Shown: positions 7,367 through 17,589, counted from the first letter of the stretch. The stretch is DNA of 34,353 bases from a virus (IMGVR_UViG_3300005805_000253:1-34353), one strand, 5' to 3'. Notes: generated from the letters alone by a model not told the origin. Program-made: numbers and translations.

Positions 7367-9117
7367 CACTTAACGATCAAATAACAAAGAAAGCGACACA
7401 GACTAGGCAGCAAGCGGAAACTTTTGAGACTTCTCTTGCTGTACAATTTAAAGATTTGAAAACCAAGAGCAAAGAGAATGTAAATTTAATAGAGAAGCAG
7501 GTAGATATATTAGAAGAAGTGAATGACATAGAAAACAATATAGCAAATGAAGTTGCTAGTATCTCTACACTGTTTTCTAAAAATGGATTACTTGAAAATT
7601 TAGTTTATGCTAAGATACAAAAAAAGTTATCTGCATTCCCTAAGGCAGATGAAGAAGTAGAAATCAAACTACCAGCAAAACCCAAACAAAAAAAGGATAA
7701 ACCTAAGAAAGATAAAAAACCAGGATTTTCTATACCATTTTTATCTCCAAAAAAAGCAGGCGATACACAAAAACCACCACAAAAACTAGCAAGGGGTGGC
7801 ATAACACCTGGCAGTAGTCAAGTCAAGCAAAAAGTAAAACAAAATCTTGCTGTTCCATATGCAGATACTTTAAAGACAACTTTGCAGGCATCTGGAATTT
7901 TTGCAGTCAATGTATTAGGTGAGTTTATATCTGCTACTGGTGGTCTTGGTGGATTTTTTGCTCCATATCTAAACTCAATTGCAAAACCCTTTGCCTTGGC
8001 ATTAGGTGTTAATGAGAGTATTATTAATTCCTTACTAGGACAACCAGTTGCTGCAGCAACTTTAAATTTAAGAAATGAGCAAAGATATTTTGGAATGATG
8101 TGGGGCAAGTTTTTAAATGATCCAACGTTTGTTGACAAATATATTGATAGAGAATCTGGTGCTGACGCAGCACCTCCAGGACCGCCAGGGTCTGGTAATG
8201 ATTTTTGGACGTTAGTTGCAATTGCTTCCATGGAATCTGGCACTGCTCAGGGTAGAGCAGACGTTGCACAATCTGTCTACAACAGGTTAGCGGATGGAGC
8301 ATATGGAAAAAGTTTATCGGAAATATTAACAGCAGAAAATCAATACGAGCCAGCATTTAATGCTAGAGGAACTGGCAATGGTATTAATCCTCTGTTTAAA
8401 AAAATAACAAACGTTGATTCTGCCGCGGCCGCTGTGCAGGATGGCACAAAGAGAATTTTTTCAAGAGATATTACTTTAGAGCAAGCAAAGAAACAAGTAA
8501 AAGAAGCAGCAAAGCAGATTACCGATCCTAGTTTACAAAAAAATGCTGCTCAATTTGTGCAAGGTAGAACTGAATTTTTAGCAAATGATCCTACTGGTAT
8601 TGAAAGACCAGAGGGAGGCAACTCTTTCTCATGGAAATATGGTAGTGGTAAGATGCGTAATCAAGCTGCAGCACCAGTGCCTTCATTTGCTAGAGGTGGT
8701 CAGATGCCATCTGTTGCTCCAACAACATCATTCATACTAGGACCAAAATCTGGGTATCCAGTATCATTAGATGGTGGCGAAACTACAGCATTCACTGGTC
8801 ATGGATATGAATTGATTTCTGGTAATAAAGTTTATCCTATTGATACCCCAGCATATAATTTATTTGTAGATAAGGAAAAAACATTTACTAGGTGGGCAGA
8901 AATTTATTATAGGAAATCTTTTGATTTTCAATCTGCATTGAAGATGGTTACTTCAACATCTGAAGTAAAAAAACCAGAAGTTAAAGTTAATTACATACCA
9001 GGATCTCCAGCATCTCCTAGTATTTCAGTTTCTTCTTCATCATCATCTGCAGTATATGACGAATACTTTGACCCACATCTGTTTAGAGAAGAATCTCTTT
9101 TGGCAAGGCTAAGATAA
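7363..9117 (+). CDS. Tape-measure-like tail protein with a cell-wall hydrolase (SleB/Hydrolase_2-like) domain; paralog of the upstream gene
   Basis: Hydrolase-like segment 'LVAIASMESGTAQGRADVAQSVYNR...SEILTAENQYEP'. It shares 'PPQKLA.GG' and 'PSFARGG' with the ORF at 5585-7366. Confidence 0.72.
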   Translation: MTLNDQITKKATQTRQQAETFETSLAVQFKDLKTKSKENVNLIEKQVDILEEVNDIENNIANEVASISTLFSKNGLLENLVYAKIQKKLSAFPKADEEVEIKLPAKPKQKKDKPKKDKKPGFSIPFLSPKKAGDTQKPPQKLARGGITPGSSQVKQKVKQNLAVPYADTLKTTLQASGIFAVNVLGEFISATGGLGGFFAPYLNSIAKPFALALGVNESIINSLLGQPVAAATLNLRNEQRYFGMMWGKFLNDPTFVDKYIDRESGADAAPPGPPGSGNDFWTLVAIASMESGTAQGRADVAQSVYNRLADGAYGKSLSEILTAENQYEPAFNARGTGNGINPLFKKITNVDSAAAAVQDGTKRIFSRDITLEQAKKQVKEAAKQITDPSLQKNAAQFVQGRTEFLANDPTGIERPEGGNSFSWKYGSGKMRNQAAAPVPSFARGGQMPSVAPTTSFILGPKSGYPVSLDGGETTAFTGHGYELISGNKVYPIDTPAYNLFVDKEKTFTRWAEIYYRKSFDFQSALKMVTSTSEVKKPEVKVNYIPGSPASPSISVSSSSSSAVYDEYFDPHLFREESLLARLR

Positions 9118-9120
9118 ATA
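9113..9120 (+). promoter_or_regulatory. Late promoter (GATAAATA)
   Basis: NATAAATA match, followed by an AGGAG RBS and the ATG at 9144. Confidence 0.65.
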
Positions 9121-9143
9121 CTTTTAATAGGAGAGATAGATAG

Positions 9144-11621
9144 ATGGCAGAGCAAACCCTCACAGGTTTCTTAATATCTAAAGCAACACAGTCTCGTAAA
9201 GAGGCAAAGAAACAAGATAGAAAAGGAAAGAGGAAAAAGAAAGGCACTGAGAAAGAATCAGATATTAAGCAGGGTATAGGTGCTAAACTATCTGGTGGTT
9301 TGTCTGCGATATCTAGTATTTTTTCTGGAAAAGGTGCAAATGATTCAGAAACTGCTACAAGAAAACCAAGATCCTCAGGCAATTCAACTGGATTAGCAAA
9401 AATATTATCAAGTGGATTTGGATCTCTCACAGCAGATAATATACAGTTGTCTTCTGGTCTTGCATCCATTACACAGTTGTTGAATAGTTCTTATAAGGCA
9501 CAGTCATTCACAGCGACAGGAGTGCAGACTATTGCAGCGATTCTTTCTGACCAATTAGAAAATCAATCTTCTATACTATCAACAGTTAAATCATTGAAGT
9601 CTGGTGGTGGTAGCGGTGGTAGCGGTGGTGGATCGCGTCCGAAAGCGACACCAGGATCTGCTATTGGAGGAAATACATTAACAGGAGCGGTAGTCGAAAA
9701 ATTCGGTGATAAAATTAAAGAATTTTTAGTTAGAGGTGGTAGTAAAGGACTTGAATCCATCAAGAATTTATTTAATGGTGGAAAACCTAAAGTCACCGCA
9801 TCTGGGGGTGGATCAGCACCGCGAGCTAAACCAACAACACAATTTACCAAACCGATTGGTCCACAACCAGTAAATTCTGCATCACCATGGGCGAAAGGTG
9901 CCGCTGGTGAAGCAGCAAATGCAGCAGGGCATGTTCCACGTTTACCATCTGCTCCTATTAAACCGCCAGCGTCAACTGGGATGATGGGAAGACTTGGTAA
10001 TATGTTTAATTCTGCCAAAGGTGCTGTTGGTGGAGCATTCAAAGGAATTCAGAGTAAAGTTGGTGCTGCAGTTGCAGAAAAAGTTGGATCAAAATTAGCA
10101 TCAAAAGGTGCCCTTGCTGGTGCTAGAGCAATTCCAATCGCACAACAAGTACTTGGCATTGGACTTGCCACAAAAGAATTAATGGATGGTGATATCGCTG
10201 GCGCTGGTTTAGCACTAGGATCTGCTTTGCCTGGCCCATTTGGTTGGGGATTTCTCGCTGCAGATTTGGGCAGAGAAATTGTTGGACCCGAACTGGTCGA
10301 TAAATCTTTCGGTCAAGCATTAGGAGGTAACTTAGGATTATCTGATGCAAAAATACAGCAGCGTGAAAGCACAATGTCTGCTACCGAAAGAGCAGTTACT
10401 ACAATGTCTGGTCCTAGTTTTACTGGATGGGCTTCTGGTGGCATGACGTTTGGAAAGGGAGTGGGAAATGTCATGGTAGGTGAAGCTGCTGGTGGATCTA
10501 AAGGTGAAGCAGTGGTGCCACTATCGTCTGGTGCTGGTAAAAAGATGTTAGGTGGTGAAAATTCTTCTATGGATCCAGGTATGCAATTTGCTGGTGCAGC
10601 AACACTTTCTGTAGTTGATAATTCTATCAAAGGAATGGGTCAATTGGGAGGTCCAGTAGCAGCAGCATTGGGTCCAAACATCCAACAACTTGCTACTAAG
10701 TTTGGTGTTGCTCAAACTCTTCCCAATCTACGAATTGGCGGAGCAAAATTTAAAGAGGATGGTAACGCTAAAAAGAAAAAAGATCAATTTTTAGAAGGAC
10801 TACTTTCAGAATCTTTTAAAGCATTAGATACCAAGAAGAAAAAAGATGATGTAAATCCAGCAACTCCCCCAAAACCAGCTAATGTTTTAACAACTCCAGA
10901 TAAAGAAGGAAATCCTAATGGTGGATCACCTAATAATGGATCTGGAGATCCTATGGATCAACCATATAAGCATAGAGTGCAGGCACCAAATGGTTCTTTA
11001 CAACCCAAGTTAACAAAAGAACAAGGTGAAAAATTAAAATTAAATGAAAGAGCTACGAAACAAGTCTACTTAGATTTACCAGAAACATGGAAAGATAAGA
11101 AAACTGATTGGGGAGATAAAAGAATATTATTTGACTCTGCTAACGGAAAGATAGAAGTTTGGCATAAAGCGGGGGGAATGCGTTATGAGCTTTCTGTTCC
11201 TGGTGAGGGAGGACAGAATGCGGAAATGTCTGCTGCTGCTTTTAATGAAGTGAGAAATTATTTAAGAGTGAATGACCCTGAATTTGGTAGTAAAATTGGA
11301 TACATTAGTCCGTCTGAATATAAGGTTATTATACAGAAGAGAAATGATGCGAGAGTAAACGGCAATCAATCAAGGGGAGGTGATTTCAAAACACCAACTA
11401 TGCCTCGCACATCTGCTTCAATGGCACCAGTTGGAGCAACAAACATTGCAAACTCACAAACAAATTCTGTTTCTATAATTAATATTATGGGTGGATCCTC
11501 TGGTGGTGGATCTATACCTGTTTCATCATCGCCAATGCAAGATTCTTCCCAATATATAAGTGATCCATTTCCAAAAGGATTGGCAGGAGTCTTATGCACT
11601 TCCCCATGGAGCGTAGTATAA
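9144..11621 (+). CDS. Tape-measure-like / tail length (gp29-like) protein
   Basis: Gly/Ala-rich helical segments ('GARAIPIAQQVLGIGLATKELMDGDIAGAGLALG') and the tape-measure-type motif 'WASGG...VMVGEAAG...EAVVPL'. It precedes the hub gene. Confidence 0.65.
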   Translation: MAEQTLTGFLISKATQSRKEAKKQDRKGKRKKKGTEKESDIKQGIGAKLSGGLSAISSIFSGKGANDSETATRKPRSSGNSTGLAKILSSGFGSLTADNIQLSSGLASITQLLNSSYKAQSFTATGVQTIAAILSDQLENQSSILSTVKSLKSGGGSGGSGGGSRPKATPGSAIGGNTLTGAVVEKFGDKIKEFLVRGGSKGLESIKNLFNGGKPKVTASGGGSAPRAKPTTQFTKPIGPQPVNSASPWAKGAAGEAANAAGHVPRLPSAPIKPPASTGMMGRLGNMFNSAKGAVGGAFKGIQSKVGAAVAEKVGSKLASKGALAGARAIPIAQQVLGIGLATKELMDGDIAGAGLALGSALPGPFGWGFLAADLGREIVGPELVDKSFGQALGGNLGLSDAKIQQRESTMSATERAVTTMSGPSFTGWASGGMTFGKGVGNVMVGEAAGGSKGEAVVPLSSGAGKKMLGGENSSMDPGMQFAGAATLSVVDNSIKGMGQLGGPVAAALGPNIQQLATKFGVAQTLPNLRIGGAKFKEDGNAKKKKDQFLEGLLSESFKALDTKKKKDDVNPATPPKPANVLTTPDKEGNPNGGSPNNGSGDPMDQPYKHRVQAPNGSLQPKLTKEQGEKLKLNERATKQVYLDLPETWKDKKTDWGDKRILFDSANGKIEVWHKAGGMRYELSVPGEGGQNAEMSAAAFNEVRNYLRVNDPEFGSKIGYISPSEYKVIIQKRNDARVNGNQSRGGDFKTPTMPRTSASMAPVGATNIANSQTNSVSIINIMGGSSGGGSIPVSSSPMQDSSQYISDPFPKGLAGVLCTSPWSVV

Positions 11622-13031
11622 ATGTCACAAGATCTTAACGCATTTGTAAAGAAAGTTACTATAACCGACACCAAAGGGAAGGTGCATTATCTTACTGGCA
11701 ATAATCCAGAAGCTCAACTGCAAGGTATTTCCATTTATGAAAGTATTGATCTCAATACGATGGTTGCTGAGTTGTTAGTTGTAGATACTGCTGTTAATTT
11801 AATTGCTGATCTTCCTATCGTTGGGACTGAGGTTGTTGACATAGAGATGGAGGCTCCAAACATTTCATCTCAACCATACAAATGGCAGTTTGTAATTTAT
11901 GGTATTAGAAACCGAGTAGTTTCAAAAAATTTACAACTCTATGTATTGGATTGTTTTTCTGTTGAAGCTTTAAGGAATGAGACTTTGAGAATTGGTAAAG
12001 TGATGAAAGGAAAAGCAAATGATTTAGTAAGAAGTATTATTACAGATACTTTAGATTCCAAGAAAAAAGTTTTAGATGAAGCATGTGGTTATGACATAAA
12101 ATATATTCCTTCTTTGCAAAGACCTTTCGATGCAGTAAATTATTTTCTACCAAGATCAGTATCAACTAATGTAAAGTTACCATCACAAGGAACAACGTCA
12201 AGTCTTTCTACTTCATCTTCTACTTCTGTTGCTGGTGGATCAACTGATGCTGCTACGTCACAATCTGCTAATACTACTATAACTGGCACTGCTGGGTATA
12301 TGTTTTTTGAAACATATGATGGATATGTTTTTAAATCTATAGATACTTTGATGAAAGAGAATCAAAATAAACATAAAGAATATATCTATGGGTTTGCTCA
12401 GACAGATTCTTCTACATCACAAACTAACTCTTATTTGATATTAAATTATTCCTTCGGTAGTCAAGAAAATATTTTAAAGAAGATGAGGACTGGTGTTTAC
12501 TCTTCAATGATATCTTTCTTCAATCCATCAACTTTAGAGTATCAAGAATACTTCTTTGACTTATCAAAAGAATATCCAAAGATGATTCACTTAGGAAAAG
12601 ACTCTGACTTACCAGAAAATGTTAAGAAGCTCGCGCAGTATCCTTCAAGGATCATGCTACAAATTTATGATCATGAAACATATTATAACGGACAATCTAT
12701 AGCAGACCCTGCTAAGTCGTCTTCTGGTACAGCGTTTCCTGATTTTAGTAAGCAATGGATGGCTCAATCAATAAGTCGTAGTATGATTTTGAGAAATCAA
12801 ATACTAAATATCACTATACCAATTAACTTTAACATTAGAGCTGGTGATAAATTGAATATTAAATTGCCCAATCAATCTGTGCAATCCAAAAGAGAGAAGC
12901 AGAAGTATGACTTGGTAAACAGTGGTTATTATATGGTTAGTAAAATTTCATATGATATTAATCGAGATCCCGATAAAGGATTGATTGCTGTTTGCAATTT
13001 AGAACTAATCCGAGACAACTTAGGGAGTTAA
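11622..13031 (+). CDS. Baseplate hub protein (gp27-like)
   Basis: Pattern 'ISIYESI', 'LPIVGTE', 'YMFFETYDGYVFKSIDTL', 'IRAGDKLNI', 'SGYYMV' and 'LELIRD'. It lies upstream of gp5. Confidence 0.7.
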   Translation: MSQDLNAFVKKVTITDTKGKVHYLTGNNPEAQLQGISIYESIDLNTMVAELLVVDTAVNLIADLPIVGTEVVDIEMEAPNISSQPYKWQFVIYGIRNRVVSKNLQLYVLDCFSVEALRNETLRIGKVMKGKANDLVRSIITDTLDSKKKVLDEACGYDIKYIPSLQRPFDAVNYFLPRSVSTNVKLPSQGTTSSLSTSSSTSVAGGSTDAATSQSANTTITGTAGYMFFETYDGYVFKSIDTLMKENQNKHKEYIYGFAQTDSSTSQTNSYLILNYSFGSQENILKKMRTGVYSSMISFFNPSTLEYQEYFFDLSKEYPKMIHLGKDSDLPENVKKLAQYPSRIMLQIYDHETYYNGQSIADPAKSSSGTAFPDFSKQWMAQSISRSMILRNQILNITIPINFNIRAGDKLNIKLPNQSVQSKREKQKYDLVNSGYYMVSKISYDINRDPDKGLIAVCNLELIRDNLGS

Positions 13032-13034
13032 ACA

Positions 13035-13253
13035 ATGACAGAAAAAAGTATAGAAGACCATATTTTAAAAGATAAAAAGATATTAGATGATCCTTTGGTA
13101 TCTTCGCAGTCAAGAAGACATGTCGAAGAAGAGTTAGAAGCGTTGGAAAGATATCACGCAAGACATCCAGAAGATCAACACGATCCAACTCCATTAGAAT
13201 TATTTTGTGATGATAATCCAGGCGCACTTGAGTGCAAAATTCACGATAACTAA
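13035..13253 (+). CDS. cp12: CP12 Calvin-cycle regulator (auxiliary metabolic gene)
   Basis: C-terminal 'PTPLELFCDDNPGALECKIHD' with the CP12 Cys pair, in a 72-aa protein as expected for cyanophage CP12. Confidence 0.93.
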   Translation: MTEKSIEDHILKDKKILDDPLVSSQSRRHVEEELEALERYHARHPEDQHDPTPLELFCDDNPGALECKIHDN

Positions 13254-13255
13254 TT

Positions 13256-15892
13256 ATGTTATTACCTGAGTTAAATTTACCTATTGGATTTGCTGGTAAA
13301 GATGGTTTCTATTGGTGGATTGGCCAGGTAGAAACTGAAGATACCTATAAGAATTCTAACAGATATAAAGTTAGAATCGTGGGTCAGCATGTCAAAAGTT
13401 GTACTGCAGTGCCAGTGGATGATCTTCCATGGGCAGTCATTATGCTGCCAGTAACACAACCATCTAGAGAAGGTAACAGTGATTACTCCCCAGCAAAATT
13501 AATCAAGGGTGATTGGGTTGTTGGATTCTTTATGGATGGTGCTGCGGGTCAGCAACCTATCATCATGGGTACACTTCAAAAGGTAACAGACTCTAGTGAT
13601 AATCAATCCTTAACTAATGTTAATGTTGCTGGAGAATGTTTAGCGTTTTCTAGATATGTTGCAGATACCAATCCAAAAGTTGCTTTACCAAAAGACAATC
13701 AAGAAAATGCGACAGCGAGACCAGGGAACGATGCAAATAATTCATCAGCACCAGGATCTTCTGCAGTTGCTGATGGCACCAACGGTGAGCAAACAGTAAC
13801 AAATCCTCATGGGAGGTATGCATGTTTGCAGACGGCAGATCCTACCTGCACAGACACTGGCAATCAACAATCTAAATTTGAGCAAACATTATCTGAATTT
13901 TTCGCATCTGTTTCTAACAATGGTGGTCAGATAGGAAGCAAGATGCTGAGCGATGTGACTGGAAAGTTAGTTGATTATTCTGGAGCAGCTCAGGGATATA
14001 TCAATAGAATTTTTGGACTATGTGAAGTTTATGTAAAAAATCTTAAGTATGAATTACTTAAGGCAATCAAAAAAGGTATACAGGAAATTTTATCTTTCTG
14101 TTTAGGCATTCCGATTCCAGATGCCAACAAGAAAGCAGGTGGATCTGTAGTAAAAAATAAAAACAGTGGTGTGTTAGCTCCAGTTATAAAGTGGTTAACT
14201 GATCAATTGGGTTTAATTAATTGTACTATTGAAGGATTGGCAGAAAGTATATTTAATTTTTTAACAGATTTAATTTATAATCTGTTGACAAAAGTTGTTT
14301 CTTCTGCAACATGTTTAATTGAATCTTTAATCTCTCAAGTTTTATCTGAGTTGGAGAATTTTCTCACTAGTATTCTTAGTGAACTTTTAGGACCACTGAC
14401 TGCTATCTTAGACATTATAGCTAGTCCACTTAATATATTGGGAACTATTCTTAGTTATATTTTTGATTTGTTTGGTATTAAATGCACTGGACCAAAAAAT
14501 TGCTCTACTAAAGAGACAGCAGTATATTGCACTGGACCTGCAGGGACCAAGAAGAAACCAGGAGAGGATGATTTCAAAGCTCTCGATGATATGATTGCCG
14601 AGATAGAGAATGATGGCGTTGCAGATTTACAATCTTCTTGCACAGACTACTATACGTTACCTTGTCCAGTAAATACAACTGCAGATATTTACGGTGGTAT
14701 TCCAGACGAGGATAATTTTACTGGAGATCCTGAAGATCCACCATTAGAAATTGATGATCCTTTTGATAACTTCTTTAATGATTTTATACAAGATCCTGAT
14801 GAGCCAGGCACGGATACACCAGATATAGAAGATGATTTTGTGCAACCAGTAGACTTAGACATCCTTTCTATTACTTCATTGTCATTGGAAAATGATAGTG
14901 TTACTTCTTATTCTTTTAATAGACAATACACTTACGAATCTAAAGGTAAGTTAAAGTTTAATCAAAATATTGTAGATGACAATCTTTATAGTTTTGTTTC
15001 CTCCACTGGACCAACTCCCTTTATTATAGCATACACTTTGGAGCGTGACAAGAGTAGGGTTTCCCAGAATCAAACAATTAGAATGACATTGAGGTGTATA
15101 TCTGGCACTGTGCCAAATGGGACCAAGTTTAATTACTTTATCTTTGGTCGTATTCAATTATCAGATTTTGTTGACGGCACAAACGTTGGACAAATCACAA
15201 TGGTTGATAACGTAGCACACAAGAATATAACATTGTCATCCAAATTAAGTATAGAAAAGGAAGAAGATGTTTTGTTTAGTGTTATTGAAGCAGGAGTCAG
15301 TAAACAGTTTACAATTTTCCAAGAAGGTTATGTGCCTCCAACAGTAACCAGACCACCAACTTTCCGTCCACCAGTAATAGATGATCCAGAAGTAGATAAT
15401 AATGGAAAGATAATTGATATACCTATTAAAGATCCTGGAGATCCTTATATTAAACCACCATTTATAAAAATATTTGGAGAGGGAGTTGGCGCTTCTGCTT
15501 CTGCATTACTAGATGATAGAGGGTTTCTTAAAAAAATAATAATACAAAGACCAGGAGGAGGATATACTCCAAGTAGAAGAAAATCTAATTGTGTATTAGA
15601 TGGATTTACAATCATTAGACCTGGATTAAATTACACATCAGAACCTATTGTTGTAGTCAATGGAGAACTCGGAATAGCGAAAGCAATTATCACCAATGGG
15701 ATCGTGACTGGACTAGAGTTACTAAATAAATCAAAAACATATAATATTTTTCCCAGCGTCCAAGTACTTGGTGGAGGGGGATACGGCACTAAAGTAATAC
15801 CATCTTTATCATGTGTTAATGATGATGTATACAGACAATTCTCTAATGCTGTTGCTCCATCTGGTGAAGCACAAGTAATCGATTGTCCGTAA
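13256..15892 (+). CDS. gp5: Baseplate hub / central spike N-terminal part (gp5 OB-fold) with a long C-terminal extension
   Basis: Motif 'FYWWIGQVE...RYKVRIVGQH...DDLPWA...GDWVVGFFMDG..GQQPIIMG'. The C-terminus has repeats of the 'PG..Y...P.....G.G' type. Confidence 0.88.
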   Translation: MLLPELNLPIGFAGKDGFYWWIGQVETEDTYKNSNRYKVRIVGQHVKSCTAVPVDDLPWAVIMLPVTQPSREGNSDYSPAKLIKGDWVVGFFMDGAAGQQPIIMGTLQKVTDSSDNQSLTNVNVAGECLAFSRYVADTNPKVALPKDNQENATARPGNDANNSSAPGSSAVADGTNGEQTVTNPHGRYACLQTADPTCTDTGNQQSKFEQTLSEFFASVSNNGGQIGSKMLSDVTGKLVDYSGAAQGYINRIFGLCEVYVKNLKYELLKAIKKGIQEILSFCLGIPIPDANKKAGGSVVKNKNSGVLAPVIKWLTDQLGLINCTIEGLAESIFNFLTDLIYNLLTKVVSSATCLIESLISQVLSELENFLTSILSELLGPLTAILDIIASPLNILGTILSYIFDLFGIKCTGPKNCSTKETAVYCTGPAGTKKKPGEDDFKALDDMIAEIENDGVADLQSSCTDYYTLPCPVNTTADIYGGIPDEDNFTGDPEDPPLEIDDPFDNFFNDFIQDPDEPGTDTPDIEDDFVQPVDLDILSITSLSLENDSVTSYSFNRQYTYESKGKLKFNQNIVDDNLYSFVSSTGPTPFIIAYTLERDKSRVSQNQTIRMTLRCISGTVPNGTKFNYFIFGRIQLSDFVDGTNVGQITMVDNVAHKNITLSSKLSIEKEEDVLFSVIEAGVSKQFTIFQEGYVPPTVTRPPTFRPPVIDDPEVDNNGKIIDIPIKDPGDPYIKPPFIKIFGEGVGASASALLDDRGFLKKIIIQRPGGGYTPSRRKSNCVLDGFTIIRPGLNYTSEPIVVVNGELGIAKAIITNGIVTGLELLNKSKTYNIFPSVQVLGGGGYGTKVIPSLSCVNDDVYRQFSNAVAPSGEAQVIDCP

Positions 15893-15896
15893 AAAC

Positions 15897-17480
15897 ATGG
15901 CAAGTAATTGGAAAGAGTTAGAGCAAGATCTATTATCTGGTGCTGCACAATTACCTAATCCTATTCCAGATGCTGAATGTGGAATAGGAACTAATACTGT
16001 ACCTAGTGGTCTAGAGGCACCAGAATTTGGAGAAACTCCATTAGAAGAATTTACTGGTGGAATACAAGATGAGATAGATAATTTTGCTGCAGAAGTTGAT
16101 TCAGTATTGCAAGATATTGGTGCGTGGCTTCCATCGACATCTTCATCTCCAAACTTTAGTGAATCTGAATCAACAAAACCATCGGCAGCTCCACAAGTAG
16201 CAAAGATTGAATACACAACATCTGCTGGTGGAGAAGTAATAGAAGCAGCTGGACATGATCCTGACACAGGAGATTCTTATCGTGCCTGTATCACTAGCTC
16301 TGGTGGTGCTTGGCATTTAGATCCTGATGGCAGTGTAAAATTAACTTCTGGTAAAAATCCAGATACTGATCCATTAACAGGAGGAATACATTTACTTGCT
16401 CAGGGACCAGGCACACAAAAATATGGTGAATTTCTTCTCATAGAAGTCAATAATAATAGCAAAGCATTGGATGATGCTGGTGCTGCAGCAAAATCAGGAG
16501 CAACAGCTGGCATAGCATTTTCTTTAATTGTTAATGGCAATATTAAAATAGAATCTAGAAGTGGTGATATTTCTGTTGGTGGAAGAAATGTTAGTATAAC
16601 TGCTTCTGATGTTTTGGAATTGAATTCTCCAGAAATTAAATTAAATGCAGGAAAAACTGCATCTACAACTAGTGGAGGAAAAATATCACAAGATCAAGGT
16701 GGAAGTATAGAACTTAACGCTGGCATAATTAAAAAAACTCAAGCAAGTGAGCAAAAGATTGAAGGAGCAACTTATAAAAGAGTTGATGGTGAAGATTTCA
16801 GTTACATCTCCAATAGTCAAGGTGGACATACTCTAAAATCTAGTGGCACCTTAGTAATTGAATCCGCTGGAGACATGATTGAGCAAATTGGTGGAAGAAA
16901 ACTCACTGAAGTTGCTGCAACAGCGGGTGGAGTTAGTTTAGAAGGACTTATTCCACCAAAACCACAACTAATAGGATCTTCTGCTGGATATATTATCTGT
17001 AATACTTTTCCGATAGTGCCTTCAGCAGGAAAAGATTCTGCAGATCAACCACCACCAGTAGTACATATTGATGGACCAGCTTCTGGCGGTGGTAGTGGAT
17101 TCAAAGTTACTTCTACTCTAGGAAACATTGGTATCTTCTCTACTTTAGGTAGTGTTGCAATAGGAAGCAACTATGGTGCTTTTGCAGACATAACCAATCC
17201 ATTTAAAGATCCTAGGACACCTAAAAATATTCTATCAATTACAACACCAGGCACTTACGTTACATCACTTGATAATTTAAGCATGATGTCAGTGCTGCAA
17301 ACATCATTATCGGTTGGCAAGAAACCTCCAGCAATACCAGTAACAGATGCTATAACTTTATTGCCAGCAGCAATGAAAATTGATTCTAAAGGCGTCTTAG
17401 ATGTAACCACAAAGGGTGTCACTAATATAACTGGAAGTGTTGTGAATATTTTAGGTAAGGGTGGAATTTTCTTAAACTAA
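15897..17480 (+). CDS. Putative central spike beta-helix protein (gp5 C-terminal-like)
   Basis: Directly follows gp5. It has beta-strand/Gly periodicity ('LIVNGNIKIES', 'VSITASDVLELNSPEIKLNAG') and the terminal 'GKGGIFLN' typical of spike C-termini. Confidence 0.6.
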   Translation: MASNWKELEQDLLSGAAQLPNPIPDAECGIGTNTVPSGLEAPEFGETPLEEFTGGIQDEIDNFAAEVDSVLQDIGAWLPSTSSSPNFSESESTKPSAAPQVAKIEYTTSAGGEVIEAAGHDPDTGDSYRACITSSGGAWHLDPDGSVKLTSGKNPDTDPLTGGIHLLAQGPGTQKYGEFLLIEVNNNSKALDDAGAAAKSGATAGIAFSLIVNGNIKIESRSGDISVGGRNVSITASDVLELNSPEIKLNAGKTASTTSGGKISQDQGGSIELNAGIIKKTQASEQKIEGATYKRVDGEDFSYISNSQGGHTLKSSGTLVIESAGDMIEQIGGRKLTEVAATAGGVSLEGLIPPKPQLIGSSAGYIICNTFPIVPSAGKDSADQPPPVVHIDGPASGGGSGFKVTSTLGNIGIFSTLGSVAIGSNYGAFADITNPFKDPRTPKNILSITTPGTYVTSLDNLSMMSVLQTSLSVGKKPPAIPVTDAITLLPAAMKIDSKGVLDVTTKGVTNITGSVVNILGKGGIFLN

Positions 17481-17496
17481 TAGCGATTTCAAAATT

Positions 17497-17556
17497 GACT
17501 TTTGATTACCAAAATGCCCCAAAAAAAACTCGGGGTAATTTTTGCCCAAAAAAGTC
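17497..17556 (+). terminator. Long imperfect hairpin, probably a terminator at the end of the baseplate operon
   Basis: Outer stem GACTTTT (17497-17503) / AAAAGTC (17550-17556), inner stem GCCCC (17516-17520) / GGGGT (17532-17536), with an A8-containing loop. Confidence 0.55.
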
Positions 17557-17560
17557 GAGC

Positions 17561-17589
17561 TTGACAAACCCCCTACATACCACTATAAT
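17561..17589 (+). promoter_or_regulatory. Perfect-consensus sigma70 promoter
   Basis: TTGACA (17561-17566), 17 bp, TATAAT (17584-17589). Confidence 0.92.

Noticed and set aside
7605-11674. Several 65-159 aa minus-strand ORFs under the tape-measure-like genes
   Set aside because: They are Pro/Ala-rich mirror translations of Gly/Ala-rich sense codons, with no independent expression signals.
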